Source of the DNA: Sphagnum compactum
Taxonomy: Eukaryota
DNA length: 64,000 nt
Assembly: GCA_965153455.1 (NCBI GenBank)
Contig: OZ234493.1
Location: forward strand, 33,222,213-33,286,212
Reading direction: 5' to 3'
Of this stretch, positions 62,230 to 64,000 are shown one piece after another (positions within the stretch are counted from its first letter, which is position 1; each line of letters opens with the position of its first letter). Position numbers and translations under genes: made by a program. The notes beneath the pieces were generated by a model. That model had not been told where the DNA came from. It did no database searches and was given only the letters and a program-made list of their open reading frames with translations.

Positions 62230-63330
62230 AAGGAAGAGGAAAATACTAGTCATGAAAATCTTTAGAAATCAAAGCAAGGAAGCCCAAACAAGCCAATTGG
62301 GAAAATTGTAAAATATCATCACTCATCAATGCAACGAAAATTGAAAATGAGGTTATCTTGGAAGTTGTTGATATTCAAGACAATATGGAATCATCCATCA
62401 CAAGGGATTTTTGTATGGGGACTACAAGAAGATACAAGATTACATGAATGGTATTAGCCATAACAAGGAACACTAGAACATGTTTGCAAAACTTACTTTG
62501 AGTTCATTGATTCATTCATGAACAATAGACCTTACTTCAATCCACCACATACATGAGATTTCATGAATTTAGATGATGACGTGTATTGTGCACTACCTTA
62601 CCATCAATTTTTGTAAGCTAACCTTGAGTTCATTGAAGAATTGAATAATGAGAAGGCCCTTGATAAAGATCATCCAAATTTGTTTGTTAGTTGTGATTTA
62701 AGTTTACATTATGCAAAAGTATTTTAGGATGGGCATTGTTGGATTTAATGCCTCCCAATCTACATACAAATGGTTAGAGTGGGCAAAATAAACCAATGAA
62801 TCCCTGCCCCCTTTCGTCTAGTTGGGCTCAAAACCCCAATGATATGTGTAGTTTGGTAGAACCTTACATTTCAACCAACATTTCCAAATCCAAATACAAG
62901 TCCAAATGTGGAAAGAGGACAACCAACTACCTCAAATTTAGTACTAAAACAAATTACACCACTACAAAATCCAAGAGCTAGAAGTAATCCCTTACCACAA
63001 TTCACAACAAACAATCTAAAACCAATTAAATAGTGCTTTAGGTCAATATTGGCACCATGTGAGGAACATAGGTGTGAAAAGAAAATCAACATCTACTCAT
63101 AATTTTTTTGTTGAAACAACTGAAAAAGGCAACATGGTTTTAATGGAATCCATCGATTGGATCCATAAAATCAACTTGTAGATTAAAGAAAGACAAGTTC
63201 AAGCACAAGAAGACATACTATAAAAGTAGTTGAATATTTCAAACTTCAAGCCATAAATATCAATTGGACTCAACAAGGCATCATTGAAGCAATTATAAGG
63301 TTCATAATAGTAATGGTCCTTGTAATCAAG
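62230..63330 (+). mobile_element. Degenerate Myb/SANT-like (trihelix) ORF of a PIF/Harbinger element
   Basis: Fragments ANWENCKISSLINA, YGDYKKIQDYMNGISHN, YFEFIDSFMNNRPYFNPPH, and a later coiled-coil-like tail; multiple stops; convergent with the transposase end at 63800-64000. Confidence 0.6.
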
Positions 63331-63401
63331 AGAGACCAACACAACCATGCACCATGAGCTCTTACTACAATGTCAACTTGACATCACACTAATATTACTA
63401 A

Positions 63402-63660
63402 AGATTTGGAATATTGAACTTGCAATAGAAAGATGTTTGTAATATGTGCATACACATATATTGTCTTACAGATTTGGAATCTTGAACTTGAAACAAAACG
63501 ATGTTTGCAACCATTTGCATAGACACATATACTATTACAAATTTGGAATCCTAAACTTGAAATAAAAAGAGGTTTACAATTATTTCCATGTACACATATA
63601 CTACTATAAATTTGAAATCTTGAACTTGAAATAGAAAGATGTTTGTAGTTTACATAGATA
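63402..63660. repeat. Minisatellite, ~68-70 bp x4
   Basis: ATTTG(G/A)AAT..T.AACTTG at ~63402, 63470, 63540, 63609. Confidence 0.9.
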
Positions 63661-63799
63661 GTAGTTGAATTGAATACCTCAAAATTACCATGGTGATGTT
63701 TGGCCAACTTTAATGATGTTGTGCAGACAAGCTAGATCTCGAAGTTGCAACAATGTTGTTCCTTTGAAAGTTCTTTGCCTTTGTTGTGAATAGTGTTTC

Positions 63800-64000
63800 A
63801 TTGTGATTCAATTCATTCAATGCATCATGTTGACATCTTTCATTTAGCTTCCATTTCAATCACTTGCATTAGTTCTTCCACATTTACTTTTCTCCTCCCA
63901 AGTAGCAAATTGCAAAATAAACAACAAGCACTAAAAACATTAGGCACAATTGTTATGTGCAATTCTATTTTCTTTAAAAGTTCTTTAAAAGTTAGTTTCA
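63800..64000 (-). mobile_element. C-terminal end of a PIF/Harbinger transposase remnant (continues beyond the window)
   Basis: Minus strand KLTFKELLKKIELHITIVPNVFSACCLFCNLLLGRR matches the Harbinger LK.RF..L......ACC.LHN motif. Confidence 0.65.

Overview
Eukaryotic, AT-rich land-plant genomic DNA. The intron style, microsatellites and repeat landscape look bryophyte, most like Sphagnum (inference, not verified). Six spliced protein-coding genes can be built by hand with GT-AG introns: a GT92/GALS-like glycosyltransferase (-; exon junction problematic, DxD motif altered), the minor-spliceosome U11/U12-31K/ZCRB1 gene (-), a head-to-head gene combining a HARE-HTH-like domain with a WRC zinc finger (+), a bacterial-style tandem GNAT acetyltransferase with 5 introns (-), a DIVARICATA-like MYB (-) and a K+-dependent vacuolar H+-PPase (-). 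Intergenic space holds decayed transposons (hAT, two PIF/Harbinger, a CRE-like RLE LINE, an LTR/gag remnant, a non-autonomous Helitron), three MITEs with identifiable target-site duplications, and several minisatellites. The most unusual observations are the HARE-HTH+WRC architecture, the GNAT as a candidate bacterial horizontal acquisition, and an inverted, internally deleted copy of parts of these two convergent genes (41147-41852) lodged in an LTR-retrotransposon remnant. I found no CRISPR array or RNA gene, and cannot demonstrate a new multi-gene system from sequence alone.
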